Below are positions 8,201 through 17,616 of a stretch of DNA of 29,736 bases, piece after piece. Position 1 is the stretch's first letter. Each line of letters opens with the position of its first letter. The stretch is from positions 1 through 29,736 of IMG/VR virus record IMGVR_UViG_3300037458_001655, one strand, 5' to 3'. The notes beneath the pieces were generated by a model. It had not been told where the DNA came from and did not search any database. It saw nothing but the letters and a program-made list of their open reading frames with translations. A program made the position numbers and the translations under genes. The DNA comes from a virus. Its lineage: Duplodnaviria > Caudoviricetes.

Positions 8201-10196
8201 GAACAGGTGCTGGCGTAGTTCCAAAAGCGCTGCGATAGACAGGGCTAAGGTCGTAAGTGTTTCGTCCGCTAGAGTCGGTGGATACTAGAGTGGCTGTTTC
8301 GTAGGAAACAATTTCGTAGTTTCCTGCGAAGCCTAAAAAGTAGGGATTCCGAAACAGTGCAGCGTCTTCTTGAGAATAGTTGGAAAGCTGAACGTTTGGA
8401 CGCGAAAGAGTAACTCTCAAAGGATCATTCGTGCGAGTAACCGTACGAGTACCAACCGAAAATTGTTCCGTCGACGAGGTATATGCCGTTGTAACAGTAC
8501 CAATCTGTGTTGCAGCGTTTCTGACATTGCCGATGTATCGGAAGGTCTCGCCACCGTCTTCCGACATCAAGACACGCGCGCCACCCCAGTTTCGGTTACT
8601 GGATGTACCCATCAACCAGAAAGAGAAAAAGCCTTGAGCCAAGCGATACGTAGGTTCAAAGATCAAGGCTACTTGAACATTTCCCGGGTCAGCTAGAACA
8701 TCGGGAAGATCAAATTCAGGAGGTTGGTGTTCGTATACAACCTCAGTACCAATGTTCGTGTGGTACTCTTCGAATTCAAATTGAAGTTTTCCGTCTTCAG
8801 ACTCTTCGATACTTTTTACACGAACAAGAGTTTCAGATTCCTCAAACTCGGCATGAGTAAGTGTTACAAAGTCTTCTGGATCCAGCAACACAAAGCGCCA
8901 GCCAAGAATGGCAGAGTATCGATTCTTCTGTGTCGTCTTTTGTTGCGCGATAAGTGTTAAAGCCCGACGCGCCACTGTTCCGTCGCAAAAAACTTTTCCA
9001 TCAATGCTAGGCGCGTCTCGTCTTCCGATAGTCGCTACGCTGGCTTCGTCCGTGTATTCAACAGTGGCACTGGAATAGTCCAAAGCCCTGTCGGAAAAGT
9101 CCATCGTGAAAACATTGTAAATATCTTCGGCTGCCGTTGAAGATTCTCGGGAGAATGATTCAGACTCAAAGTCGTCCTCATCCAAAGAATAGATTACTTC
9201 AATTTCTCCGTCAGAGTTAAAAAATTGAGGGACATATCTCCGAGATCTTGCGTACAAAATGTTTGAATACTGGGGAGTGAAATCATACTGAGCAGGAGAA
9301 TCCGTTTTTGGAATTATTTTCAGAAAGCCCTGTGTGAAAACTGCATCAGAGTTTGTTGCCTCAAGGATCTCAGAGATTATTGACAACGTAGTAACTTGGT
9401 CATCAACAAGTAAATTTACAGGCAAGTCGTATGCTAAAACAAAGTCTGAATACTTTGAAAAGCTTCCAAAATGCTGAAGCATTTGTGGCACAGAGCCGTA
9501 GATCGGATTCCCGGTAAGAAACAAAATGACATCAGATGCGTCAACGCCAATGACGTCGCCAAGTGTGTATTGTGTAGCTGGCGTAATCAAAAGATCAGTT
9601 GTTGCTAAACCTTCAGCCTCAAAATTAAAATTTGGCATCTGAGGCTGATTGGAAAGGAAAATCGCAGATTTTCCAAAGTAAGCGGTGCGCTTGTATGCCA
9701 AGGGAAGCGAAGGGGGTGGAAACCACAGAACGCTAGCCCAAGGCAATGCAAAGCCAACACCAATAGTTTCGTTGTATGGGGTTTGCTCGTTGGTGCCTCT
9801 GGCATAAAAAAAGTCAGTGCGCCCGGCTTCTGTTTCCACGAACGCATCAATGATTGAGTTTTCTGTTAGGACAGACTCAAGATTTGGATACTTCAAAATA
9901 TAGCCGGAGCTTGCTTTCCAAATTAAGCGAAGACGACGAATCGGCCCCTCGCAAAGGCCCACCATTGCACTGACGATGTATTCTTCCTGAGTCGATGATG
10001 GAGTCCCACCAAACACAGGCTTTTCGACATCACCAATCAAGTATGACTGAGCATTGGCAATCCAGATAAAGTTTCCGGAAAGCCGTGTTCGCCCAAAAAC
10101 TAAGGCAATAGGTCGACCAAGAGCCGAAGTCGAAATTTGAATTCCGGAAGGCTTTGGTGCTTCTGAAGATACGGGCGAGCTAAACAGTCCACTCAT
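5262..10196 (-). CDS. Tail tip / central fibre protein (Phage-tail_3, RcGTA g15 or lambda J-like) with two LamG-like domains
   Basis: ORF 5262..10262; likely start is ATG 10196 (MSGLFSSP). N-terminal GRPIALVFGRTRLSGNFIW and GLCEGPI motifs; central YNVFTMDFSDRALDYS...LLDPEDFVTL...VRVKSIEE; LamG-like FDGVNQY...YFEGVIDEIAF; C-terminal RDVEWFARGY. Confidence 0.85.
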   Translation of the reverse strand: MSGLFSSPVSSEAPKPSGIQISTSALGRPIALVFGRTRLSGNFIWIANAQSYLIGDVEKPVFGGTPSSTQEEYIVSAMVGLCEGPIRRLRLIWKASSGYILKYPNLESVLTENSIIDAFVETEAGRTDFFYARGTNEQTPYNETIGVGFALPWASVLWFPPPSLPLAYKRTAYFGKSAIFLSNQPQMPNFNFEAEGLATTDLLITPATQYTLGDVIGVDASDVILFLTGNPIYGSVPQMLQHFGSFSKYSDFVLAYDLPVNLLVDDQVTTLSIISEILEATNSDAVFTQGFLKIIPKTDSPAQYDFTPQYSNILYARSRRYVPQFFNSDGEIEVIYSLDEDDFESESFSRESSTAAEDIYNVFTMDFSDRALDYSSATVEYTDEASVATIGRRDAPSIDGKVFCDGTVARRALTLIAQQKTTQKNRYSAILGWRFVLLDPEDFVTLTHAEFEESETLVRVKSIEESEDGKLQFEFEEYHTNIGTEVVYEHQPPEFDLPDVLADPGNVQVALIFEPTYRLAQGFFSFWLMGTSSNRNWGGARVLMSEDGGETFRYIGNVRNAATQIGTVTTAYTSSTEQFSVGTRTVTRTNDPLRVTLSRPNVQLSNYSQEDAALFRNPYFLGFAGNYEIVSYETATLVSTDSSGRNTYDLSPVYRSAFGTTPAPVRVGSYFASLGFFFEAQTNILKMQVTRALTERNLQFKFLSYNIYGVNVQLESDVPTHYFRVTGDVFCKGVPAVNNFSFMFSAAAARRRELVLTWNPEDVILADEIYEIRKAPLELPSILLDIYPDLDPDDLTALWSVASPIAYTREKRAVVQGDGIYLIAIRCGDPVDATEADVAGRPSRYGPKSSVTIENSEAFIENIFVSNTEIPFSADSGSCDYESLIKSFDVFLYQRLGNFPRKFPEVYDRITQGSYPSGAYVVDGGLAEIQFRSTRAPLSLTNQYCLKVDNFSLPANGLHIELPNVEMSPSWTFVLWVSDTAQGPLFSLPGGEIFHFDDSVSGISFTDSDSVTHSTGILSGLGLPKNVPGSIPFYMFVFSYNGNTKRLEIYVSSSLVKAFENVEYTPQDGTIIIGSNSDFTDHFSGYAFGFSYHTIYNFNNLALVQSLWDAATGNFISDPKAYYSFIESYFCSIFIELAERGTLDLPEVSGNGLRGLMDPTELTLTSSLISNDDDGARIFDGVNQYMYMGWPSSTLVNEDYQSISFIFRRHREDVEDPLVYIFQDGGSKVALYVRVNASNNLAVDAYDESGTKHEFVISDVVIEADRKYHFFASHDSSWGGLFVVYLNGRRFGLYTFGFDKASELGDPDIDMLWIGRKGSNYFEGVIDEIAFHNENLELPYYNVRKLAEVALTYNGLVNLEVTPEGYVKCYPNQEGFYYPTANNTLILTSNEVISFSSDFDLIALPTSRFSELEQIQTVGQIGRTSVAEFVEGEPQVRAASTFFSGDLYFNPATGFFIYGDSFDEGFQVGDSIEVSGFDAFELNGTFTIAGFSGDRGIIYIEETIPYGAASSRGQGLLAKWNPWSSMASPVALLGIAFQVRFRLQSKRANIFAILSKFRWTADVPDVTRTGTVTTIAATGAYVTVAYGTGFTFNSNPKIVVSVQDANVGDRAQVANVTESSFDVRVLDVFGSYVSRDVEWFARGY

Positions 10197-10662
10197 GAGG
10201 CACTCTCGGGGCCCAAATTGAATCCAACGTACACGAAGGAATTCGCGTGTATTCAGATTCAATTACACACTTAATGTTTTGGTATGCGTGAATTACTCGC
10301 GGCCAATCGGAAACCAAAGCGCCATGTGTTGCTCTAGCACGATCGCTCTTATGAGAAAGTTTAACGTTGAAAACTACAACGTCCCCCGGTGCGGGCGTTG
10401 TGTAGTCGGCTTCATCACAAAGCGAAGCAATGATTTTTCTGTATAGTTTTTGACCACGAAGTAGCATTCCAATGCCTTCCCGATACGGCTGTATGGGAAG
10501 GTCGCCAATCAGCCCAACATTTTGGTATACACGAACCAGCAAATATGCGCAGTCAACGCCGGAACCTTTTACGCCAGCACAAGCGTGATACGGAGTTCCC
10601 AACCAAGAGCGCGCTTCTGAAACAAGAAGCGGACGAACGGCATGGTCACGAGCACAAGTCAT
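10180..10662 (-). CDS. NlpC/P60 family tail-associated peptidoglycan peptidase (RcGTA g14-like)
   Basis: EARSWLGTPYH, GVDC (catalytic Cys), PGDVVVF, THGAL (His), IHAY. Canonical position between hub and tail-tip genes. Confidence 0.9.
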   Translation of the reverse strand: MTCARDHAVRPLLVSEARSWLGTPYHACAGVKGSGVDCAYLLVRVYQNVGLIGDLPIQPYREGIGMLLRGQKLYRKIIASLCDEADYTTPAPGDVVVFNVKLSHKSDRARATHGALVSDWPRVIHAYQNIKCVIESEYTRIPSCTLDSIWAPRVPHEWTV

Positions 10663-12326
10663 ACGATCGCAACCATAGAATCGTTGGGTGGCGTCAGAGG
10701 AAAACCACGAAAGTTTGCAGAGTTGTTAAATTTAGAACCACAGGTTTCCAAACGTTTGTCACAACCCGGATAAAAGTATACCAGAGTTCCATGTTCCGGT
10801 TTTGACGGCAGAGGAGAAGCAAGCGTTACTCGGCCAGCGTCGCTTGATTTTATGGGTCGGCGCAGACCACGCATAAATCCATCACCAATTTCAATGTAGC
10901 CCAACGTGAAGAAATCTGCGCGAGAAGGAAAGCCAACAAACTGTGTACTTGGATACAAAACAGTTTGTGTGCTTGAAAAAGTTATTCGCTTTGTCCTGAC
11001 GTGGGATTCACGAGCAACCCCACACCCAGTGCCGTACAATTCCCAGCCACAACCTGCCCGATACAAATTTCGAGGCGTAGGAGCTTCCAAAAGAGCCAGA
11101 ACGCTTTTCACTTCCAGCTCTAGCCTACCGGGACTTGATTCAACAGTATTTACAAAACCGGAAAACCTTTTAAGCGTTCCAGTCATCGGAAGTATTGGGC
11201 CGTGTGTTCCAACTTGAGAAATATCAAAAATAACAGGAGACGGAGTTTCCCCTTCTGGAGCAGGCCAAGCAGGATTCGGAGGAGAGAACGCTCTGTATAG
11301 GTCTACGGTTGCATTCTCTAAGTAGTGGCCTTTGGCTGCCGCCATGTAGGAAATACCAAGGGATGAAATTGTATCCTCTAGCGTTGGATACATAATCATT
11401 TGAAGCGAAGAAACTTCAAGTCCTGTCTTTTCCGAAATCACTGAGCGTTCGACTGGAATGGAAGATTTTACGGAAAACACGATTCCTGTGCGCGCGGCAT
11501 AATGGCGAAGGATAGTGGTTTGAGACAGAGGATATGGATACACAGCAACATGAGCCATTCGTCCAACAGCTCTGAGGCTTCCAGAGCCACCAAGCTCAAA
11601 TGTTGGATCCGTATCTAGTAAATGTTCTTCAATGCCAGAAACTGACTGACAAAGTTCGCCATCCAAGTACAGAGACAGGGTGTATCCATCCCAAGTACAA
11701 ACGATATGGTGCCAAACACCAGAAGTAGCCTTAGCAATATTTCCGATCACCTTGTGTGTGGCCGCAAGAGTGTCTGCCACAGAAAAATGAAAGCCCCCGT
11801 CACTCAGAGGGTCAGTATCCCACCATAGCTGGAAAAAGCCATTCGTGTTTCTGAGTAACAAGTTATCCAAAGCGCCACTTGGTTCTGAGTTGGCATAGAA
11901 CCAACACTCATAGGAAAACGCGCGAAGAACTCTGAATTTTTGTTCTTGTCCTAGAGTGAACGAAGTATTCGGAGAAAGCTTAAAATTCCCGTCAAAGTCA
12001 ATGCTTGTCTCGGAGGAGTAATCACCATCCGAAATTGGGGAGGTTGCTGAATGTTGAATCGTTCCAACTACACTTAGGTTGATTCCTCCCGGTAGCTCAT
12101 CTGTAGCCCAATCATCAACGTCAGGAACCTTGCTCAAGGGATAGTAAGCTATTGGGTGATCCCCGATAATCACATCACGATAGTTTTGACGAATACTGAC
12201 GTCTCCGGATACGAGCAAAATTTCTTGCCCTGAAACCAACAAAATGCGATACAAGTCCGCCATGAAGAAATCATTGTAGTCGGATCCTGTAAGTAAGGAA
12301 ACAAGTTTTCTTGAAGCTAACTTCAT
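10659..12326 (-). CDS. Tail hub protein DUF2163/BR0599 (RcGTA g13-like) with an inserted LamG-like domain
   Basis: Likely start is ATG 12326 (ATGA overlap with the upstream stop). ADLYRI N-terminus; PRNLYRAGCGWELYGTGCGV and YPGCDKRLETCGSKFNNSANFRGFP four-Cys signature. Confidence 0.88.
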   Translation of the reverse strand: MKLASRKLVSLLTGSDYNDFFMADLYRILLVSGQEILLVSGDVSIRQNYRDVIIGDHPIAYYPLSKVPDVDDWATDELPGGINLSVVGTIQHSATSPISDGDYSSETSIDFDGNFKLSPNTSFTLGQEQKFRVLRAFSYECWFYANSEPSGALDNLLLRNTNGFFQLWWDTDPLSDGGFHFSVADTLAATHKVIGNIAKATSGVWHHIVCTWDGYTLSLYLDGELCQSVSGIEEHLLDTDPTFELGGSGSLRAVGRMAHVAVYPYPLSQTTILRHYAARTGIVFSVKSSIPVERSVISEKTGLEVSSLQMIMYPTLEDTISSLGISYMAAAKGHYLENATVDLYRAFSPPNPAWPAPEGETPSPVIFDISQVGTHGPILPMTGTLKRFSGFVNTVESSPGRLELEVKSVLALLEAPTPRNLYRAGCGWELYGTGCGVARESHVRTKRITFSSTQTVLYPSTQFVGFPSRADFFTLGYIEIGDGFMRGLRRPIKSSDAGRVTLASPLPSKPEHGTLVYFYPGCDKRLETCGSKFNNSANFRGFPLTPPNDSMVAIV

Positions 12327-12964
12327 GGCTTGACCGAGATGAGCTTTATTTCGCCAGAGCGCCAAACTTTGGGAAGTAGTTGTGTCACAGTGTATTCGTT
12401 TTCGTCGAATCGCACACGGTAGTAGAAGTCACAGCTTACAGTGATTAGTCCTACGGGGGAGGAAGTAAACGTTATGATTCCATTATTTTCCGTCCAGTTT
12501 GTGTTTACAACAGGACCAGTGCCGGGATCTACTTTAACAACCAAGCCACCAGCTCCGGGGGTTCCACCATCCTTTATCTCGTAGATTGGCTCGACATTGA
12601 GCGAGCCCATTGTTCTTACGATTTGGAACTGAGGATTTGTTCCAGAACCGTCCCATGTAGCGATAGGCTGATCCGTCAAAGTTTTATCATGAGTATCTTG
12701 AAATAAAAAAGTTTCAAACGAGCCCTTGTGCAAAGTGTAAAAGCCCAAGATCGCATCAAGCTGACGCCCGAGAGTCGCGTCATCATAGAGTACGGGGAAG
12801 CGAACCGTGAAGTGCCATACCGGAAAAACAACTTCGGCGATTCTCGATTCCCGAAACGAAGATGCACGATGCACCTTGGTGGAGAATTCTGGGTACTTTG
12901 AGTTGCTCCAAGAAAATTTATTCTCTAGAGAAACTCCAACAGGCGGAAACACACGATCGCTCAT
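12323..12964 (-). CDS. Distal tail protein DUF2460 (RcGTA g12-like)
   Basis: PEFSTKVHRASSFRESR, FYTLHKGSFETFLFQD, FQIVRT, DFYYRVRFD motifs. Immediately follows the tape measure gene. Confidence 0.85.
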   Translation of the reverse strand: MSDRVFPPVGVSLENKFSWSNSKYPEFSTKVHRASSFRESRIAEVVFPVWHFTVRFPVLYDDATLGRQLDAILGFYTLHKGSFETFLFQDTHDKTLTDQPIATWDGSGTNPQFQIVRTMGSLNVEPIYEIKDGGTPGAGGLVVKVDPGTGPVVNTNWTENNGIITFTSSPVGLITVSCDFYYRVRFDENEYTVTQLLPKVWRSGEIKLISVKP

Positions 12965-15900
12965 CTTGTTTTTCCAGCAAAATTCCGTGCATCAGGATTA
13001 AACTTTCTATATTGATTCCTAGATGCGCGAATAATTGCAGATCCATTTTGATTGACAAACTTCTTTACATCCTTGGAATCCCAAGCTTGAATTATCACAG
13101 TCGAAGGCCCAGACTCAGAACGTTGAGTATCGTATACATCAAACTCAGGCCGAACGACCGACTTTTCCGTAATCAGTCGACGAAGACCACTGGAGATTTG
13201 AGGAGGCAGGACCATCTCGCCCTTGTGGGCCATGAGCAGAGTGTCCGATTCCAGAAAAGCCCCTCGTCGAGCTAGAGGTGCAGCACTGAAGGAGGAGATC
13301 GCAGCAGAAACAGCTCCGGCTGCCGCTATTGCAAGCGCAGGACCAACATAGGGAATACCAGCAACCGCAGAGGCAGCTTGAGCAATGGCAGCCGACCGTG
13401 CAGCTAGAGCTAACGTTATGAAGGCTGCTGCCAACGCTGCAACGGCAGCAGCAGTAGCCAACAAAACTGGGACTAGAATTGGAATGGTGGCAGTCATAAC
13501 CGCAGTGAACGCAAGCATCAGAGGCAAGGCTACTAGGAGGCCCAAAGCCATCAGTGAAAAACCAACTCCTGCCGTAATCGCTGCGAACCCAACAACAAGA
13601 GATACGGCAGCGAGAGCTGCCATCTTTGGAATCAGTGTAAGTGATGTGGTCAAACCAGCAGTAAGCTTTGCGGCCTCTCCAGTTACAAAGGCGACCACTT
13701 CGGACATTTTTGCACCAATAGAAGTTGCGGCCTCCTCGGCGGCGATTCCCTGACGCACGCCAGAGCCAGCGGCCGTGGCAGAAGACTTCGCGCCTTCCCC
13801 TGCTACAGTAATGCCAGTTTCGGCAGCCTTAAAGCCAAACAGAGAAGCAAGCATTTCACTTTGAGCCAAAGCAGAAATTGCTTGGATCTTCAGCCAACCT
13901 ATGGCTGCCTGTATGGCTAACTGAGCCATGGTGTTTATCCAAGACAAAACTAAGTTCTTCCCTAAGTTTCGGAAGGCGTCTTCGAGCGTTAGAGTTCCTG
14001 TGATTATGCCTTCGACAGATTGGTTGAAGGTACTCGTTATCGCCGAACTTGTTGCGTCAAAAAGAGAACCAAAGCCTTCAAGTGTAGAGCTAAAATTTTG
14101 TAAAGCATCGCGTTGGTCTATCCAAGATTGGCGAGTATCGGCACCAACATTCTTGTTCGCGAAGCTATCCTGAATAGCTTTATTGTAAGCTTCGGTATCG
14201 CTTTTAAGCTTTTGAAGTCCGTCACCCGATTGTCCAAAAACGTCTAGGCTGGAAGCAAGTGATTTGTTTAAGTTTTTCGTTATGTCTTCAAGCTTTTCGT
14301 AGCCCTCTTCTTCTTCAATAAGCTTTAACTGAACACGTAAAAACTTTAACGAAGTTTCCAAATCTCGAATCTGGTCAGCCGTTAGCTTGGCACGATACTG
14401 TTTGTCCCTCAAAGCTTTTTCAAACTCGCCAATAACAGCCCCGACTCGTTCTGAAGTCTTTTCATAAACGTTTAAGCCGTAGCCTATTTCACTCAGACCT
14501 CTGGAGAGTTGGTCTGTAGCATTGTCAAACGCTCTGAAAGAAGCGGCCCAAGCTTTTACTTGTGCGTCATCAACACCACGAATCTTAGACAAAGCAATTA
14601 CGGCATCGGAATACGCAGAAGCCTTTGCTTCGTTTACATCAAAAATTTCGCCTAGTAAAGTTTGTCGAACTTCAACTTCTCTCAAAGCTTCGTTCAGTCG
14701 CTCAAAAACTCTAACGTCTTCCTTGACCTCAGATTTAAGCTCTTTCTTCGCTTCCTTCAGCGACTCAATTTGATTTGACAAAGCCAAGAATCGTGCTTGA
14801 GCATCCTTGACTGCACTGTCACTTAGGTCTACTAAATTTTCTTCGTAGATCCTCAACTCTTCCGTAACATTACTTAGTTGTTGCTGAAGAGCTTCAAGCT
14901 GAGTTGTAGCGGGGATGTACGATACTTTGGAGCCAGCCAATCGCCCCTGTTCTTTTGCCGTCAGATTAAGCTGAGTTCTAACGCTATCAAGAGAAGAAGA
15001 ATATTCATCGCCAGAAACAACCAGAACGTCCAACGATCTTCGTAAAGCTTCAACACGAATTCTAGCTGCCCCAGCAGTGTCACCAAATTTAGCCTGAATT
15101 AGAGCTGCCTTCGAAAATTCCTTTGACAGGTCTCTAAGAGCACCAGCCGCATCTTGGCTTTGAAGAATATCATTTATGGCTGTGATTATGCCACCAAGCT
15201 CAGGATCCTGTAACGCTGCACTCAGGTTCTCTTCAGACGCTGCAAGTTTATCAATGAGAGTACGACCTGCTGAAGCTAGCGCACCTTCAAGGTCAAAATC
15301 TTTTATTACTGATGCTTGGTTTGCGATAACTTCAAGCTCTCTGCGATACTCACCAAGGGCAACAAGTCCACCTTCACTCAACTCAAAAGCAGATTCTAAG
15401 CTTTGTTTGATCTTACGCGAGCCTCCGGTAATTTCGTCTACCACGTCAGGCATTATGGATGACATGACGGAAAGAAAAGTTTCTGGGCCGAGCGTAAAAA
15501 TATCCATTGGAGACAAATTTAGATTTTCAAGAAAAGATTGTCCCCGGCCCATATTCTCAGATAGCTGCTCTAGCGAAGCACTGCCACGAGAAGCGGCCAC
15601 GCTAAAGTTTTCGTAACCATTAGCTACAGCATAAAGTTGAAGTTTTAAGTCATAAAGTTGTTCGGTTTGGAACTGAGTGTCAGAAGCAAACTGCGAACCA
15701 AAAACTATGTGGCGTGCTGCGGTTCTGAGAAATCGAGTTAGAAAACTGTCGTTTTCGTTCACAGCCATGCCAAATTCAGCAGCGGCAATTCGTGCTCTAA
15801 CAAGACGCTCTGCAAGTTGCCCAGTTCCGGTTGTGATTGCTGCAAAAATTGCGGCAAGGGCTGCAAAAACGGCAATGGTCGATAAAATTGCGGCAATACC

Positions 15901-17253
15901 TGCTGCAATGACAGTAAGACCTGTGGCAACAGCCGCAGCGGCAGCCGCAACGCCACCCATGACAACAACCATAACAGCAAAAGCAGCCGCAAGGATTCCA
16001 ACTAAAACTGCGAGTGGTAATATTTTTGCAAAAGATACAGCAAACTTTTTAATAAAACCTTCAGACTGTATTGCCGATTGTTGCATGTCTCCGAAAGCAA
16101 CCAACAGGTCTCGGATGCTGTCAACAATGGAAGTTAATATCGGAAGGAGTTCCAATCCTAGGATAACTTTAAGGCGCTTAAAAGCATTCGACAAACGGGT
16201 AACTGAGTTGGTAAATGTTTTGAACTGTAAATCAGATTCACGAAGTAAGTCTTTTTCAGACTTAATCGCGTCTTCAGCATTTTTAATATTTTCTCGAAGT
16301 TTGTCCATGGCACCTGCTGTATTAAGCAGAGCCATACGAACACGAACGTTTGTGAAAACGCCACCAAGAGCTTGAAGCGTTGGAAGTGCGCCACTGGCCC
16401 GATGTTGTAAGTTATCCAATCCCTCCAGAAAATCGATAAAGCCTTTGCTTGGGTCTGAAGCAAAAATTTTCTTGAAAGATTCCCCGGTATCATAGCCAGC
16501 AGTCTTAGCGAACAATTCCAGTTTTGCTGAAGACTTCGATACTGCCTGAGAAATTTCAGCAAAAACCGACGACATTGCCGAACCACCAGCTTCGACAAGA
16601 ACACCGGTTTCCGACATTGTTGCAGCTAGGGCTAAAACAGTGGAGTCTGTAATGCCCACCTGCGAAGCCGCAGCGCCCATCCGAAGCGCCATTCTTAAAA
16701 TGTCGCGCTCGGTCGTTGCTGTAGTGTTTCCTAAACGGACGATGGCCGAAGCCAACCGAGGAGTGGATTCCTCCGTACGCCTAAGAACAGTGGTTAGCTT
16801 AGCCAACGCTGTTCCGGCTTCCGTTGCGGAAATGTTTGTAGCTACACCAAAACGAATCATCGTTTCGGTGAGCTTTGGAATGAAGGCTGCCTTTACGTCC
16901 AACTGCCCAAGAACCGCTGCAACCCCTGTAATTTCTCGGTTGCTTACTGGCAGATCAGTTGAAAGCCGTAAAAGTTCTCCACGAAATGCTTCGAGGCCAG
17001 ACTCAGAAAACGAGTCTGCGGTTGTTTTCTTTACGCGAGCAAATTGTTGCTCAAATCTAGCAGCTTCTGAAACACTGCTCTTTAGCGCAAACGCAATACC
17101 AGCAATCGAAGCTGTGCCAGCTACTGCAACCTTTCCCAATGGAGTTTCAAGGGCTTTTTTGAAGCTGGTGCCGACTTTCTCAAGCACCTTGAAAATATTT
17201 TCAGCTCGTAGGCTTATCTTGAGAAGTAGTCCACCAGTAGTTAGAAGGCTCAT
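12961..17253 (-). CDS. Tail tape measure protein (TP901-type core)
   Basis: 1430 aa, Ala-rich and helical. AARFEQQFARVKKT...LASAIVRLGNTTATTE...EAGGSAMS core; two long hydrophobic regions; C-terminal AHKGEMVLP. Follows the chaperone pair. Confidence 0.95.
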   Translation of the reverse strand: MSLLTTGGLLLKISLRAENIFKVLEKVGTSFKKALETPLGKVAVAGTASIAGIAFALKSSVSEAARFEQQFARVKKTTADSFSESGLEAFRGELLRLSTDLPVSNREITGVAAVLGQLDVKAAFIPKLTETMIRFGVATNISATEAGTALAKLTTVLRRTEESTPRLASAIVRLGNTTATTERDILRMALRMGAAASQVGITDSTVLALAATMSETGVLVEAGGSAMSSVFAEISQAVSKSSAKLELFAKTAGYDTGESFKKIFASDPSKGFIDFLEGLDNLQHRASGALPTLQALGGVFTNVRVRMALLNTAGAMDKLRENIKNAEDAIKSEKDLLRESDLQFKTFTNSVTRLSNAFKRLKVILGLELLPILTSIVDSIRDLLVAFGDMQQSAIQSEGFIKKFAVSFAKILPLAVLVGILAAAFAVMVVVMGGVAAAAAAVATGLTVIAAGIAAILSTIAVFAALAAIFAAITTGTGQLAERLVRARIAAAEFGMAVNENDSFLTRFLRTAARHIVFGSQFASDTQFQTEQLYDLKLQLYAVANGYENFSVAASRGSASLEQLSENMGRGQSFLENLNLSPMDIFTLGPETFLSVMSSIMPDVVDEITGGSRKIKQSLESAFELSEGGLVALGEYRRELEVIANQASVIKDFDLEGALASAGRTLIDKLAASEENLSAALQDPELGGIITAINDILQSQDAAGALRDLSKEFSKAALIQAKFGDTAGAARIRVEALRRSLDVLVVSGDEYSSSLDSVRTQLNLTAKEQGRLAGSKVSYIPATTQLEALQQQLSNVTEELRIYEENLVDLSDSAVKDAQARFLALSNQIESLKEAKKELKSEVKEDVRVFERLNEALREVEVRQTLLGEIFDVNEAKASAYSDAVIALSKIRGVDDAQVKAWAASFRAFDNATDQLSRGLSEIGYGLNVYEKTSERVGAVIGEFEKALRDKQYRAKLTADQIRDLETSLKFLRVQLKLIEEEEGYEKLEDITKNLNKSLASSLDVFGQSGDGLQKLKSDTEAYNKAIQDSFANKNVGADTRQSWIDQRDALQNFSSTLEGFGSLFDATSSAITSTFNQSVEGIITGTLTLEDAFRNLGKNLVLSWINTMAQLAIQAAIGWLKIQAISALAQSEMLASLFGFKAAETGITVAGEGAKSSATAAGSGVRQGIAAEEAATSIGAKMSEVVAFVTGEAAKLTAGLTTSLTLIPKMAALAAVSLVVGFAAITAGVGFSLMALGLLVALPLMLAFTAVMTATIPILVPVLLATAAAVAALAAAFITLALAARSAAIAQAASAVAGIPYVGPALAIAAAGAVSAAISSFSAAPLARRGAFLESDTLLMAHKGEMVLPPQISSGLRRLITEKSVVRPEFDVYDTQRSESGPSTVIIQAWDSKDVKKFVNQNGSAIIRASRNQYRKFNPDARNFAGKTR

Positions 17254-17262
17254 TTAGTACAC

Positions 17263-17616
17263 TCACAAATTTTGCATCGCTTGTTTTCGTCGTTTGTAAT
17301 CCAAACGAGCTTTGAGCGTATCAATCTTTGACACATTCTCCTGTGCAGTGGGTTGGGGTTTCCATTGTCGTAGAAGTTTCTTCGGAGACATGCCCTTCTT
17401 GACGTGTGGTGATATGATTGTGGCGCAAATTAGGGCCCTATCGTGTATCCGATGATCTTCACGCCAGTTGAAGCCCTCTAGCATATCTGAAAGCTCCCCG
17501 GGCGTTAAGCGATAAAACTCCCAAGGTTTCAATGCAAGTGGACCATAGGCAGCAGATTTTGCTTTTTCTATCCACGCTGCAAAGGTTTGGGGGAGACTCA
17601 GGTTTGAGTCTCCCCC
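17263..17616 (-). CDS. Tail assembly chaperone, second (T-like) reading frame, probably reached by -1 frameshift
   Basis: The track ORF 17263..17532 begins at a TTG without an obvious RBS. The frame is open upstream through TFAAWIEKAKSAAYGPLALKPWEFYRLTPGEL to the G-run at 17616, in the -1 frame of the upstream gene. LKPWEFYRLTP is a typical T-segment motif. Confidence 0.75.
   Translation of the reverse strand, partial: GGDSNLSLPQTFAAWIEKAKSAAYGPLALKPWEFYRLTPGELSDMLEGFNWREDHRIHDRALICATIISPHVKKGMSPKKLLRQWKPQPTAQENVSKIDTLKARLDYKRRKQAMQNL
17589..17616 (-). promoter_or_regulatory. Putative -1 frameshift site G GGG GAG (17616-17610) within a perfect 12-bp inverted repeat
   Basis: Minus strand reads GGGGGAGACTCA-AACC-TGAGTCTCCCCC. 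The TGA stop of the chaperone gene is in the 3' arm. Confidence 0.65.

Noticed and set aside
5262-12964. Calling the locus a gene transfer agent
   Set aside because: Only the tail tip is GTA-like; the 1430-aa tape measure, PBSX-type head and extra fibres indicate a genuine phage.
13385-17257. Series of long plus-strand ORFs antisense to the tape measure gene (and similar ones opposite the capsid, fibre and terminase genes)
   Set aside because: They are mirror frames of strongly supported minus-strand genes, with no recognisable motifs; expected from codon bias.
17589-17616. Hairpin as a simple intrinsic terminator
   Set aside because: No U-tract directly follows on the minus strand (AAACCTTT), and it lies within the chaperone frameshift window upstream of essential genes.
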